DNA from: Scyliorhinus canicula
Lineage: Eukaryota
Length of the DNA: 64,000 nucleotides
Direction of reading: 5' to 3'
NCBI RefSeq assembly: GCF_902713615.1
Contig: NW_024055498.1
Location: 4,520,554-4,584,553 of the forward strand
Positions 46,483 to 58,745 of this stretch are shown one piece after another. The notes beneath the pieces were generated by a model. That model saw only the letters and a list, made by a program, of their open reading frames with translations, searched no databases and was not told the origin of the DNA. The translations under genes were made by a program, and so were the position numbers. Positions within the stretch are counted from its first letter, which is position 1. The number at the start of each line of letters is the position of its first letter.

Positions 46483-47309
46483 TCGCGTGATTCTCGTTTT
46501 GTGTGACGAATATTTGCACAAAATACCTTTCTTCCTCAATCACGCACGTTCGAGGAACATGATATTTGGTCTCTCATGAGATATTAAAATTCCTGCAACA
46601 AAGTCAGAAATACGGAATATTCAAGACGCCAGGGGAGGAAAAGCCTTCCCTATTTTGCCACGATCGGATATTAGCAGTTTGTTCATCCACCACAGAATCT
46701 TTTTGGTTTACAGATGCAGATGAACACATTTAATCACCATTTCAGACATGTCTAAATGTAGGATAAAAGCAACTTACTGCGGATGCGTCAATGGAAAAAA
46801 AAACAGAAAACACAGGACAGTCTCAGCAGGTCTGACAGCCTCTGTGGAGAGAGATGGCAAGTGTCGTTTCGAGTCTGGGTGACTCTTTGTCGAAGCTGGA
46901 CAACTGGATCTTTGGTCAGGTGTAGACTGGCGGAGTGTGTGGGGGAAGTGGAGGGTGGGTGGGTGAGTGGGGGGAGAGGGGAGCGTGAAGCATTGGGCCT
47001 CGACAGACGGCCAGCCATGGGTGGAGAATAACAAAAATGTGTTGGGTCGAAAGAAAAAGGGAATATAAATGTTTCTAATCAGTGTTAAGAACTGTGCTGA
47101 CAGGCGATTAGAAGATTAGAATGTGTTAATGGCAGATGAAAATGAGGAACAAGGGGCGGATTGCCCAAGAGGGATGCGATTGGCTAGGGGAATGGGGAGG
47201 GCGGGACAATGGGAGAGGAAGACCAAGACCAATGGAAGCAATGAAATTAAGTTGATGAAAATAAACATGTGGTGAAGTGGGAAGAGTGATTTTACGGTGC
47301 GAAGTTGTA

Positions 47310-47945
47310 GTCAATAAATAGGAGTCTGATGTAGGAGTCCTTGTTTTCGAGATGCTCTCGGGATGAGTGTCGGACCAGGGAAATGGCATCTGATGTGCAC
47401 TGGTTTCGACGGTATGCGAATTGAAGTGGGTCAAGGCATCCCGGGAGTATGGAGGTGATGCACTTCATGATCATCCTCTCGAAGCACTTCATTATAACTG
47501 ACGTCAGGGCCACCGGGCGGTAGTCATTGAGGCACGTTGCCTGGTTCTTCTTTGGTACCGGTATGATGGTGGTCTTCTTGAAGCAGGTGGGGACCTCGGA
47601 GTGGAGTAGGGATAGGTTAAAGATGTCTGTGAATACCTCTGCCAGCTGGTATGCACAGGCTCTGAGTGCACGACCAGGGATCCTGTCCCAGCCCATCGCC
47701 TTCCGTGGGTTCACTTTCAGGAAGGCCGATCTGACTTCGGAAACTTGATGGTGGGTATGGGTGAATTATGGGCTGCTGGGGCACTCGACCGCGGATTGCT
47801 GGTTACCTGCTCAAACCGAGCACAGAATGCATTTAGTTCATCGGGGAGGGGTGCGCTGCTGCCAGAGATACTACTCGGTTTCGCTTTGTAGCCCGTTATG
47901 TTGTTTAGTCCTTGCCACAACCGCCGAGAGTCTGTCTGTGACTGT
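47310..47945 (-). mobile_element. Rex1/Babar fragment at the right edge of the tRNA array
   Basis: Minus [28 protein letters not shown]...YRPVALTS. Confidence 0.92.
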
Positions 47946-48400
47946 AGCATCTGCGGAGAAAGCGGAAAATACTGGAACAACTCAGGGAGTCAGGCGGCAT
48001 TTGTCGAAAGGACAATAAAGCTCGGCTTTCACCATCATCTTTCATTAAAACCGGGACAGGTTAGAAATATAGGGCGTCTTAACCAAGTGAAATCCCGGAG
48101 GCAGCAAACAGAACAACAGGAAAGGGCTCTAATAGGGGACAAGTCAAGAGAGATTAAATGAGAAGAGGCCATTGGTTCCTGCCCACAAGGGGAGGTTCGC
48201 ATCAAATCAGAGAATGATTACACCACAGATTGAGTCCATTCCGCCCGCCGTGTCTGTGCCAGCTCTCTGTCAGATCAATGGAAGCAACAAATGTCTGTTG
48301 AGCTTCTTTGGAACAATTCAAAGTCCGAGGTCCGGGAGGTCAGCGTTTAGATCCAGTTCTCCAGTCAGTTCAATTCTCCACTTGGGCTCTGTGGATTAGA

Positions 48401-48466
48401 AGGGCGTTGGTCTAGGGGTATGATTCTCACTTTGGGTGTCTCGCTGTCGGAATTTGCGAGAGGTCC
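48401..48466 (+). pseudogene. 5' part of intron-containing tRNA-Pro(TGG), cut before the T arm at the duplication junction
   Basis: Intron tgtctcgctgtcggaatt 48437-48454, then GCGAGAGGTCC joined to agcaggccg. Confidence 0.85.
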
Positions 48467-50084
48467 AGCAGGCCGTATCCTTCAATGGTGCGGCGATCCC
48501 AATACTGCAGCCGGCTCACGGTACTTGTTATCACAACATTATCACATCTTGCTTTATTGCAGCAGAGAAATGCATTCCTCTGATTACCAGTGACACGCCA
48601 GTGAAAGACAAGGCCAGTAAAATTGGGCAGCCAATACCTGGACATAAATATGTACGCAGAAATCCTGGAAGTTTGTCACTCGCGAAATTATTATAGCGCC
48701 AGGAATGTTATAGCACCCAGAATCACAGATGCACAGAACCAAGCAATTCAGATGAGGCCTTCCGGTCAATCGAGTCTGCACCAACATGTGAAAAATACAG
48801 GACTAACTACAGGACCTCATTTGTCAGCACGTGTTCCATAGCCTTGAATGTGAAGACGTGCCATGTGTTCAGCCAGGTACTATTTAATGGATGTGAAGCA
48901 CACTGCCTCTACCACCCTCCCACCTAGTTTACTCCAAACAGTCACCATCCTCTGGCTAAATAAGATTTTCCTCAAATTCACCATAACCTCCTGCCCCTCA
49001 CCTTGAACTTGTGTCCCCCCGTAACTGACCCTTCAACTAAGGGGAACAACTGCTCCCTATCCACCCTGCCATGCCCCTCATAATCTTGTACACCCAAAAC
49101 TATGCAACGTCTCTTCATAACATAAATGGGCGCAGTATGTCCCTGATCTGCGTGGGAATCGAACAGAAGACATGTCGTGTCAACAGAAATTTCAGGTATT
49201 TTCGATCGAAAAATTGATTTCTATTAAAGTCTAAACCTGGCACCATGTGCTTCCCATGTCCCAACTGATAGTAATTCTCATGTTGCTCGGCGGTTATTAT
49301 ACATTAAGGGTACATTGTCATAATAATAATCTTCACTAGTGTCATAAGTAGGCATACATTAACACTGCAATGAAGTTACTGTGAAAATTCCCGAGTCACC
49401 ACACTCCGACCCCTGTTCAGGTACACAGAGGGAGAATTCAGAATGTCCAATTCACCTAACAGCACGTCTTTTCGGGACTTGTGGGAGGAAACCGGAGCAC
49501 CCGGAGGAAACCCACGCAGACACGGGGAGGACGTGCAGACTCCGCACGGATAGAGAACCATGCCGGGACTCGAACGCGGGTCCTAGGAGCATGAGGCAGC
49601 AGTGCAACCCACTGAACCACAGTGCCGCCCATTAAGTACCTTGTACATTTTGTACCGCAGCACGTATTGATCCATTCTGCTTTGCGTTAAAAGAACAGGT
49701 AACGAGGAGTCTTTGTCCTTGGACTTTCTGCAAGAGCAGGCCATGATTTTCGTCCATCTCCTCAGTTGAGTGCCACCCTCTGCCGGTAGGTAGATATTCT
49801 GGTTTTAAAGTTACAATACAATTTGCGGTATGATAGACCATAATAAGACCATAAGACTATTAGACATAGGAGCAGAATTAGGTCACTTGGCCCATCGAGT
49901 CCGCTCTGCCATTCAATCATGGCTGATATTTTCAACCATAGCTCTCAAGATTTCCCAAACTATTCCTCTCTTGATCGACACAAGGACAGAGACATGTCCG
50001 GTAAATAGACATGATTGCTTGCCTGAGCATGGGATCAATTCCTTCTCGGAAAGGAACCTCAGTGATGCTGTAAACACTCACTCA

Positions 50085-50835
50085 GGGTTGTGTACGGGGC
50101 TTTAGGTTTTCTCGAACGCTGTTTCTCAGTGCGCAGTAATAGACCGCCCCATCCTCCACATCGAATGCGCTTATACTGAGGTAACCGTTCTGTTTAGATT
50201 TGTCAGCAAACGCCAGATATCGTCCTGAACCCACATCTTTCTTCATTGCTGAGTTGTTGGTGATAATCCATCTCGGTGGCTGTGCCGGTTTCTCCTGATA
50301 TCATTGCATTTTGTTCATGTTGGGGCCTTTATATTGGCAATTTAATTTAATTGAAGCCCCTTCTGAGACTGTTATTGTCACTGGTGACTGAGATACTGGA
50401 TTGAACATTGCCGGCCTGCGAAAGTGAAGGACTGAAATGAACAGATTGTTGTTCCTTTATAAAGTTAGAGTTTGTTCAATTAAGAGGTGCTTTTTAGCGT
50501 GGCCACTCCACTTAGCCTGTACATCTAGGTTGTGGGAGTGAGAATGTTCAAACACCACACGGACAGTGATCTGGGACCGGGATCGAACCCGTGTCCTCAG
50601 TGCAATGAGGCAGCAGTGCCAACCATTGCGCCACCGTGCCACCCTGAGTTTAAACAGAGTTGATACAAATTTGCTTGTATCTGCGGCATTTTCTGGGACC
50701 TCTGATGCAGGCACTTCATAGACATTCCCGATCGTTAATTATACTCTAGCCTATGTGTATTAATATGCTAATCTGGTTTAATTACCACTATAACTATTTA
50801 CTGTGCCAAAGCGCCGCCAGTATTATCACAACCAT
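50085..50835 (-). pseudogene. psiV10: paralog of psiV7; leader 50835-50802 (MVVIILAALWH, GTAAAT donor), V exon 50415-50124
   Basis: NPVSQSPVTITVSEGASIKLNC...MQ*YQEKP...DGAVYYCALR; Trp41 TGA, frame offset after the acceptor, heptamer AACAGCG. Confidence 0.9.
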
Positions 50836-51483
50836 GTCTGACTGAATCTCTCGCAGTGAACTGGACTGGACTGAGTCAGGGATTGTGTAGGAGAGAGGGA
50901 ACTTAGTGCAGTGCAGGGAGAGGGTCTATTGTGACATCACTCGCCTCCCATCCTATCGGCTTGGCCGACACCATCAGGTGAGTTTCTGACGCCCGTGCTT
51001 GTATTTGGCGCCCTCTGCTGCCGGATTCGGTTTACTCCGTGTTAGAATTCGGCTGTTCAGTCGATTCAGTGTTGACTGCAATGCATATCAGGGCGGGAAA
51101 CCTAGACAGAAATCTAAATTCCAACTGTTTGTACACTATCTTTGTCACTATAGGTGTTTCTAATCAAAAAATGATGCTTAATCATCCCTGGAGTTCTCGG
51201 TTCACACCACGGATGCGACGAAGTCGAAAGAATGCCAAGACTTTGGTGGACATGCGGAGGTTAGAACTCAGAATAATAGCAGGGCTCAACAGACGAGCTT
51301 TCTTTATTTTGGTTCTGACGAAAAAGGGGAACGTTGCTTTTTTCAGAGACCAGATTGCCTGGAATTGTTTTCATTAGCTGAAGGTCAAATGTCCTATAAA
51401 GAAGATTGGTGAATGATATTTCATACAGCAAGCGTTTGTGAGACAATGAAACGTGACAGAGAACTTTGAATGGATCAGCACCG

Positions 51484-51555
51484 AGGCACGGGCGGGATTC
51501 GAACCCGCGATTTTTGGTTTACGAAACCAACGCCTTTCCTCTTGGCCACCGCACC
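51484..51555 (-). tRNA. tRNA-Thr(CGT), all stems paired
   Basis: GGTGCGGTGGCCAAG...TTGGTTTCGTAAACCAA...GCGGGTTCGAATCCCGCCCGTGCCT. Confidence 0.88.
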
Positions 51556-52092
51556 TTATGCAAGAAAGTGACGTTTATTGCACTGTGAGTTATTATCATT
51601 TGGAGTCTGGCGCAACAATTGATGAGAGAAGAAGAATCAATAGAACATTTCAAAAAGTATTGTCAGAACTTGAGAACGGAAAACCCCGCGGGATTTAAAT
51701 GCAGGTTGAAAAGGGCAATAGAAAAAGTTCTTTCAAATAGGCGCAGGTAGCGTCAGTTCAATCTGCCCCCACCCCTCCGACACTATATTGTTCTCAGTGA
51801 GTTGAGCAGGTGCAGGATGGTCACGGGCTGCTGGGTGCTCAGCTGTCGCTATTTCCGCCCCATCACTTGTGACTGCAGCTGATAACCGCCGCACAATTTT
51901 CAGCTTTGAGTCTGCGGTGCCCCGGTCACAGCTTCCATTTGATGGCCTCGCTCCAACACCATTGGGATATTCTAGACATTGCTGCCGCGGCTCGATTCCT
52001 GTCATTGGTTGGATCAGCAATGCAGTGGGACCTCAATCTGGATTGCTGCTCTGACAGATAATTGCCTGCGCTAAAGAGCGATTGATTCAGGA

Positions 52093-52305
52093 ACGATCGC
52101 GGGGAACTGCCTCGTCACCCTCTTCGTTATGATCTCGCTACTCAGTATTTCCTTCCCTGCCGATCTGACTTCGGAAACTGTGATGGTGGGTATGGGTGAA
52201 TTAAGGGCTGCTGAGGCACTCGACAGCGGATTGTTGGTTACCTGCTCAAACCGAGCATAGAATGCATTAAGTTCATCGGGAAGGGATGCGCTGCTGCCAG
52301 TGATA
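52093..52305 (+). pseudogene. Orphan V1-family leader (52093-52144, ACG start) fused to a minus-strand Rex1/Babar fragment; V exon deleted
   Basis: Identical to the psiV8 leader; after gtatttccttccc the sequence jumps to the Rex fragment seen at ~33566. Confidence 0.8.
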
Positions 52306-53100
52306 CAGTAAGAAGTCTTACAACACCAGGTTAAAGTCCAACAGGTTTGTTTCAAACACGAGCTTTCGGAGCGCAGCTCCTTCTTCAGGTGAATCACAAA
52401 ACAGAATCATTTAACCTGGTGTTGTAAGACTTCTTACTGTGCTCACCCCATTCCAACGCCGGCATCTCCACACCATGGCCAGAGATACTGCTCGACCCGG
52501 TCCGGTTATGTAGATCTTTGGGCTTTTTTTCTGAGGGATTCTTCTCCAGAGACCGCTGAGATAGGCCCATTGAAGATTTTAAGACAGATGTGGTTGGATT
52601 CTCAACTGAAAAGGTAATCAAAGGTTATCCGGGGAAGGTGAAATGTGAATCTGAGGTCATGTTCGAATCTGTCACGAACTTATTGAATGTTGAAGAAGGC
52701 TCAAGCGGATGAATAGCCAACTCCTGCTCAACATTCGTCTGTTGGCAGGTCCGTGAGGAGGCGTCACAATCCCCTGAGTTATCGAGGGACACACAACATC
52801 GTTGAGCGATTCCCCAGCTCAGCGCCATGAAGGATATTGCAGCGATAGAGGCAACTCCATGCCGCAGCCGGTGCACGGTACGTGTTATCAGAACAGGAAA
52901 ATCGCTTATTGTCACGAGTCGGCTTCAAATGAAATTACTCTGAAAATTCCCTAGTCGTCACATTCCGGCGCCTGTTCGGGGAGGCTGTTACGGGAATCGA
53001 ACCGTACTGCTGGCCTGCTTGGTCTGCTTTCAAAGCCAGCGATTTAGCCCTGTCCTAAACAGCCCCTAAAAACATATCATCCAGGAGTGGAACAACAATG

Positions 53101-53174
53101 CGCCTCTGGGTGGGATCGAACCACCAACCTTTCGGTTAATAGCCGAACGCGCTAACCGATTGCACCACGGAGGA
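53101..53174 (-). pseudogene. tRNA-Asn pseudogene (anticodon GTT to ATT, damaged 5' end)
   Basis: Paralog of 34508-34581. Confidence 0.85.
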
Positions 53175-53802
53175 TCGCAACTCTGTGCATTTCAACAGTG
53201 ACGGCCAATCCTCTGATTGCCAGGGACCGAATGAGAATGCTGGTAATATTGGTCCCCTGAGGCAGGGCTGAAAATATCTGGAAGGACCGTACACATGGTC
53301 CCGCGGGCATGGACATTTGTGAGACGTGGAATCATCACAGGCGCGTGGATTTTACAGAACTCACTTGGACAGCACCACACTTCCGTTAAAACACGTCCCT
53401 TATCCGGGAACCTCCATAACAGAAAGCAGGAAGTGTCAACATAGATTTGATGTATTTTCGATCAGAAAGTCGATGTTCCGCTGAAGACTACTGGGGGCTC
53501 AGACTCGTTGGCATAAGGTCGACTTAAGTTAGCGGCCCTGGAAGATTTTATTATCCCCACATCTGAGAACTTTCATTACTGCTGCTCGGAAGTGGATATT
53601 CCAAGTTTAAATTTACTGTGCATCGCGACATGCTGATTAAACTCACGAATCCGAAACGGCTCCTCTATTGACCCACACAAGGACAGAGAAGGCAATGCAA
53701 TTGTGGAGAAATAGACCTGAGTATTTTTCTGAATCTAGATCAAACCATCCTCCGGTACAAGGGCAGGAACGCAAATTTGCTGGAATTGAAAATACTCTCT
53801 GA

Positions 53803-54045
53803 GGCTTTCGTACGTGGTTGTAGCTGCTTTGTGACACTGTGCTCATTGCACAGTAATAGACCGCCCCGTCCTCCACACTGAGCGCGTTTATATTGATATC
53901 GTCCTGAGATCGCCTCTTTCTTCATCGTCAATATGTTAATGATGCCCAATCTCGGCGGCTGTGCCGGCTTTTGCTGATACCAGAGCATGTGGTACATCGT
54001 CCGGTCTGTATATTCGCAATCTAACTGCACTGAACCCCCTTCTGA
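53803..54045 (-). pseudogene. psiV12: paralog of psiV9 with an internal FR3 deletion; RSS CACAGTG-23-ACGAAAGCC retained
   Basis: QLDCEYTDRTMYHMLWYQQKP...ISGRY jumps to NINALSVEDGAVYYCAMS. Confidence 0.9.
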
Positions 54046-54215
54046 TTTCTAACCTGTCCCGGTTTTTATGAAAGGTGTCGGTGAAAGACGAACTTTGTTG
54101 TCCTGTCGACAAATGCCGCCTGACTGCCTGAGATGTTGCAGTACTTTTGGCGTTCTCCGCAGATGTTAGATTGATTTTCGATGGCAATGACAGTATGCTT
54201 TGACTCTTTTCGCGG

Positions 54216-54305
54216 GGCTCGTTGGTCTAGGGGTATGATTCTCGCTTTGGGTGTGTTTCTGTTGGAATTTTTGAGAGGTCCTGGGTTCAAATGCCGGACG
54301 AGCCC
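54216..54305 (+). pseudogene. Intron-containing tRNA-Pro(TGG), intron 54252-54269, stem mismatches
   Basis: GGCTCGTTGGTCTAGGGGTATGATTCTCGCTTTGGG + 18 nt + TTTGAGAGGTCCTGGGTTCAAATGCCGGACGAGCCC. Confidence 0.85.
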
Positions 54306-54936
54306 TTCGATGAGGTTTCCCGTTGGTCAAGCCGCATGTTTTCTTCATTTCTTTGCGGCGGAAACGGCGGGATTCATTCACATTGGGTTTGCTTTGAGAA
54401 GCTGAGCTTGAACTGCATGGAACCAATACGTTCCCGAGAAGCTTGTCTACGTGTGGGCATTCACATTTCTATTGACTAATTCTGGTGGACTCAGACAGCT
54501 CTTTGTCCCTTTCATTTTATCAGTTCAACAACTTCAGACTGTGAACTCTCACTTCCCCCTCCACCACATGTTTTCTCCATCAACTTATCATCCCTTCCAT
54601 TGATATGTTTTATCCTCAGCATTGCCCACCTCTCCCCAGCCCATACCATCCTACTTCAGCAATCTGATCCCTGTTTGTAATTGTTCTCTGACGCACTGAT
54701 TACCTTTGTTCTGCCATTAACACATTCTGACCGCTTTATGCGCCATCAGCACCTTTCATAGCCTTGATTAGCCTCATTTACATTCCCTTTTTCTTTCTGT
54801 CCGAGACATTTTCGTCATTTCCCACCTATTGCTAGCCCTCTATCGAGGCCCAATACAGCACTCCACCAGCCCCACCCCCACCCACAATCGTCTGAATCTC
54901 CAGTTCCAATTCTCCAGCTTTGACAAAGAGTCCACT

Positions 54937-55121
54937 TTTTTTTTTAAATTTAGATTACCCAATTATTGTTTCTATTAAGGGGGCAATTTAACGTGGCCAA
55001 TCCACCTACTCTACACATTTTTGGGTTGTGGGGGCGGAACCCACGCAGACACGGGGAGAATGTACAAACTCCACACGGACAGTGACCCAGAGCCGGGATC
55101 GAACCTGGGACCTCAGCGCCG
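54937..55121 (-). mobile_element. 5'-truncated V-SINE with a 15-bp target-site duplication gacaaagagtccact
   Basis: TSD at 54922-54936 and 55122-55136; empty site in the paralog at ~36382. Confidence 0.9.
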
Positions 55122-55175
55122 GACAAAGAGTCCACTTGACTGGAAACGACAGCTGCCATTTCGCTCCGCAGACAG

Positions 55176-57410
55176 CGTGTAGGTTCGTTATTTACAGAGG
55201 TCTCTGGATAGTATATCCTTATTTAGTGTGGTCCCTGGCCAGTATATCATTATTTCCAGTGGTCCCTGGTAAAATGTCATTCTTTTCACTGGCCCCTGTA
55301 TAGTACATCATTATTTACAACGGTCCCAGCGTGTAATTTCATTATTTACAGTTGTCCCTGGGTAGTATATCATTATTTACAGTGGTCCCTGTGTTGTATA
55401 TCATTAGTTACAGTGGTCCCTGGGTAGTGTATCATTATTTACAGTGGTCCCTGACTACTATTCTATTATTTCAGTGGTCCCTGGGCAGTATATCATTATT
55501 TACAGTGGTCCCTGGGTAGGATATCATTATTTACAGTGTCCCTGGTTACTATTCTATTATTTAAGTGGCCCCTGGGCAGTATATAATTATTTACTGTGGT
55601 CCTTGGGTAGTATATCATTACTTACAGCGGTCCCTGGGTAGGATATCATTATTGACAGTGGTCCCTGTGTAGTATATCATTATTTACAGTGCTCCCTGTG
55701 TAGTTTATCATAATTTACAGTGGTCCCTGGGTAGGATATCATTATTTACAGTGGTCCCTGTGTAGTATATCATTATTTACATGGTCCCTGTGTAGTGTAT
55801 CATTATTTACAGTGGTCCCTGTCTACTATTCTACCATATCAGTTGTCCCAGGGCAGTATGCCATTATTTACAGCGGCCCAGTTGTAGTACATCATTATTT
55901 GCAACGGTCCGAGCGTGTGATTTCATTATTTACAGGCGGCCCTGGATACTATATCATTATTTGCAATGGTTCCTGGGTAGTATATCATTATTTACAATGG
56001 ACCGTGGGTGGCATGTCATTATTTACAGTGGTCCCTGGACAGTATATCATTATTTACAGTGGTCCCTGGATAGTATATCATTATTTACAGTGGCCCCTGG
56101 GCAGTATATCATTATATACAGTGGTCCCGTGTCATATATCTTGATTTAATTTCGTTTAATTTCGTTTGATTTAGTTATTTGCTGGCGCCCTAGGTAGGAT
56201 ATTTTATTTACAGTCGTCACTGTGTAGTACGTCATTATATACAGCGGCCCAGCGTGTAGGTTCGTTATTTACAGAGATCTCTGGATAGTATATCCTTATT
56301 TAGAGTGGTCCCTGGCCAGTATATCATTATTTCCAGTGGTCCCTGGTAAAATGTCATTCTTTACACTGGCCCCTGTATAGTACATCATTACTTACAACGG
56401 TCCCAGCGTGTAATTTCATTATTTACAGTGGTCCCTGTGTAGTATATCATTAGTTACAGTGGTCCCTGGGTAGTGTATCATTATTTACAGTGGTCCCTGT
56501 GTAGTATATCATTATTTACAGAGGACCCTGGATAGTATATCATTATTTACAGTGGCCCCTGGGTAGTATATCATTATTTACAGTGGTCCCTGTGTAGTAT
56601 ATCATTAGTTACAGTGGTCCCTGGGTAGTGTATCATTATTTACAGTGGTCCCTGACTACTATTCTATTATTTCAGTGGTCCCTGGGCAGTATATCATTAT
56701 TTACAGTGGTCCATGGGTAGGATATCATTATTTACAGTGTCCCTGGCTACTATTCTATTATTTAAGTGGCCCCTTGGCAGTATATAATTATTTACTGTGG
56801 TCCTTGGGTAGTATATCATTATTTACAGTGGTCCCTGGGTAGGATATCATTATTTACAGTGGTCCCTGTGTAGTATATCATTATTTACAGTGGTCCCTGG
56901 GTAGTGTATCATTATTTACAGTGTTCCCTGGCTACTATTCTACTATATCAGTTGTCCCAGGGCAGTATGCCATTATTTACAGCGGTCCAGTTGTAGTACA
57001 TCATTATTTACAACGGTCCGAGCGTGTGAATTCGTTATTTATAGTGGTCCTGGATATTACATCATTATTTATAGTGGTCCCTGGGTAGTATATCATTATT
57101 TACAGAGGTCCCTGGGTAGTATATCATTATTTACAGAGGTCCCTGGGTAGTATATCATTATTTGCCGTGGTATCTTGGCAATATATCATTATTTACAGAT
57201 GTCCTCTGAAGTTCATCATTATTTACCAAGGTCCTAGGGTGGAATTTCATTATTAACAGTGCTCCCTGGAAACTATATTATCATTTACAGTGATCACCGG
57301 GTGATATATCTTTATTTACAGTGTTGCCTGTGTAGTATGCCATTATTTACAGTGGCCCTCGGTAGTATATCATTAGTACAGTGGTCCCTGGGTAGAATAT
57401 CATTATTTTA
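55176..57410. repeat. 31-bp satellite (tagtatatcattatttacagtggtccctggg) with ~1.1-1.2 kb higher-order duplication
   Basis: Visible periodicity; diagnostic variants recur at 55176/56251 and 55454/56654. Confidence 0.95.
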
Positions 57411-57919
57411 GGGGCTGGCTTAGCTCACAAGGCTAAATCGCTGGCTTTTAAAGCAGACCAAGCAGGCCAGCAGCACGGTTCGATTCCCGTACCAGCCTCC
57501 CCGGACATGCGCCTGAATGTGGCGACTAGGGGCTTTTCACAGTAACTTCATTGAAGCCTACTCGTGACAATAAGCGATTTTCATTTCATATCATTATTTA
57601 CTGTGGGCCATGGTCAGTACGTCATTATTTGTAGTGCGTCGCACATCACTATTTACAGCGGTTCCTCTTTCACCTGTGATTATCCCTCTCTCTGGATCTG
57701 TAATGATTTGATTACCTGCAAATGCTCGCATTCCAAGCATTGTCCGGCATCTCTGACTTTGTCTATATAAATGTTTCTGGAACATACCTTGCCATTCACC
57801 TGAGGATGGAGCTGCGCTCCGAAAGCTCGTATTTGAAACAAACCTGTTGGACTTTAACCTAGTTTTGTAAGACTTCTTACTGTGCTCACCTCAGTCCAAC
57901 GACCGTCATCTCCACATCA

Positions 57920-58745
57920 CAATATGTGCACACTCCCTCACACTCTATCTCTCCCTTCCATTCTCTCCATCTCATACATATTCTCCCTCCTCACACTCTC
58001 TCACTCGCTCACACCCTCTCTCTCCCTCTCTCTCACACTTCTTCCCTCTCTCGCACTCTCAGCCTCTCTCGCACCCTCCATCTATCACACTCCCTCCCTC
58101 TCTCGCACTCTATCTATCACACTCCCTCCCTCTCTCGCACTCCCTCTCGCACTCTAACCTTCTTTCCCTCTCTCGCACTCTCTCTCTCTTGTGCTGTCTC
58201 CCTCTCTCTCCTTCTGACATGTTCTCGACCTCACTCAGCCTCTCTCGCACCCTCCATCTATCACACTCCCTCCATCTCTCCCACTCTCACGCACTCACCC
58301 TCCCTCTGTCTCTCCCTGCATGCCTCGCTCCCTCACACACTCTTTCCCTCTCTCACACTTTCTCTCACACTCTTTCCCTCTCTCACACTTTTTCCCTCTC
58401 TCACACTCTTTACTTCTCTCCAACTGTCTCTCACATTCTTTCCCTCTCCTACTCCCTCAGTCACTCAGTCGCTCTCTTATGTCTGATATAATGTTAGTAT
58501 TTTATACACCATCCTTCTCACACAATCTGCCTCCCTCATCCACTCACCCACTCGGCTCCATTCTCTGCTTCCCTTTCTATCAGACAATCTACCTCCTTCT
58601 CTCGTTTTATTCTTTATTTCTCCCACCCTCTTTCTCTCCCATTCTATCTCCTCCCACCCTCTTTCTCTCTCACCCTGTCTTCTTGCAGCGCATCGCACAG
58701 ACCAGTTCTCTCTTCCTCCACATCTCACCCCGCCTCTCTCCCAGA
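57920..58745. repeat. CT/CA-rich low-complexity tract
   Basis: Pyrimidine-rich ctctctc/cacact repeats; source of the Ser/Leu/His-rich ORFs. Confidence 0.92.

Larger units (their letters stand above)
37235..47300 (+). repeat. Tandem array, period ~2.3 kb: tRNA-Val(TAC/TAT) - tRNA-Arg(ACG) - tRNA-Val(AAC) - ~1.6 kb spacer; four triplets plus one partial unit
   Basis: First Val at 38924, 41198, 43532, 45841; second Val at 39493, 41828, 44087, 46410; spacers near-identical. Confidence 0.95.
48467..55170 (+). repeat. Segmental duplication, copy 2 (lacks the counterparts of ~27567-28167 and ~31230-33565)
   Basis: Co-linear with 26911-36432. Confidence 0.92.

Noticed and set aside
39824-47034. Recurrent 80-105 aa ORFs (MSKCTIKATYCVCVNG...)
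   Set aside because: Repeat-derived spacer sequence; length and frame vary between units, arguing against coding constraint
2815-54045. IgH-like (TAILV) or NAR-TCR V segments known from shark TCR delta loci
   Set aside because: No V has an IgHV-type WVRQ...GLEW pattern, an octamer promoter or a clear VNAR framework; all end in TRAV/TRDV-like CAxx or CVLR. A phylogeny is needed to exclude this for V5
57411-57590. tRNA-like A/B boxes in short SINE heads (also 28600, 49560, 60262, 61145)
   Set aside because: No complete cloverleaf; dispersed copies with a common non-tRNA body and tail, so SINEs
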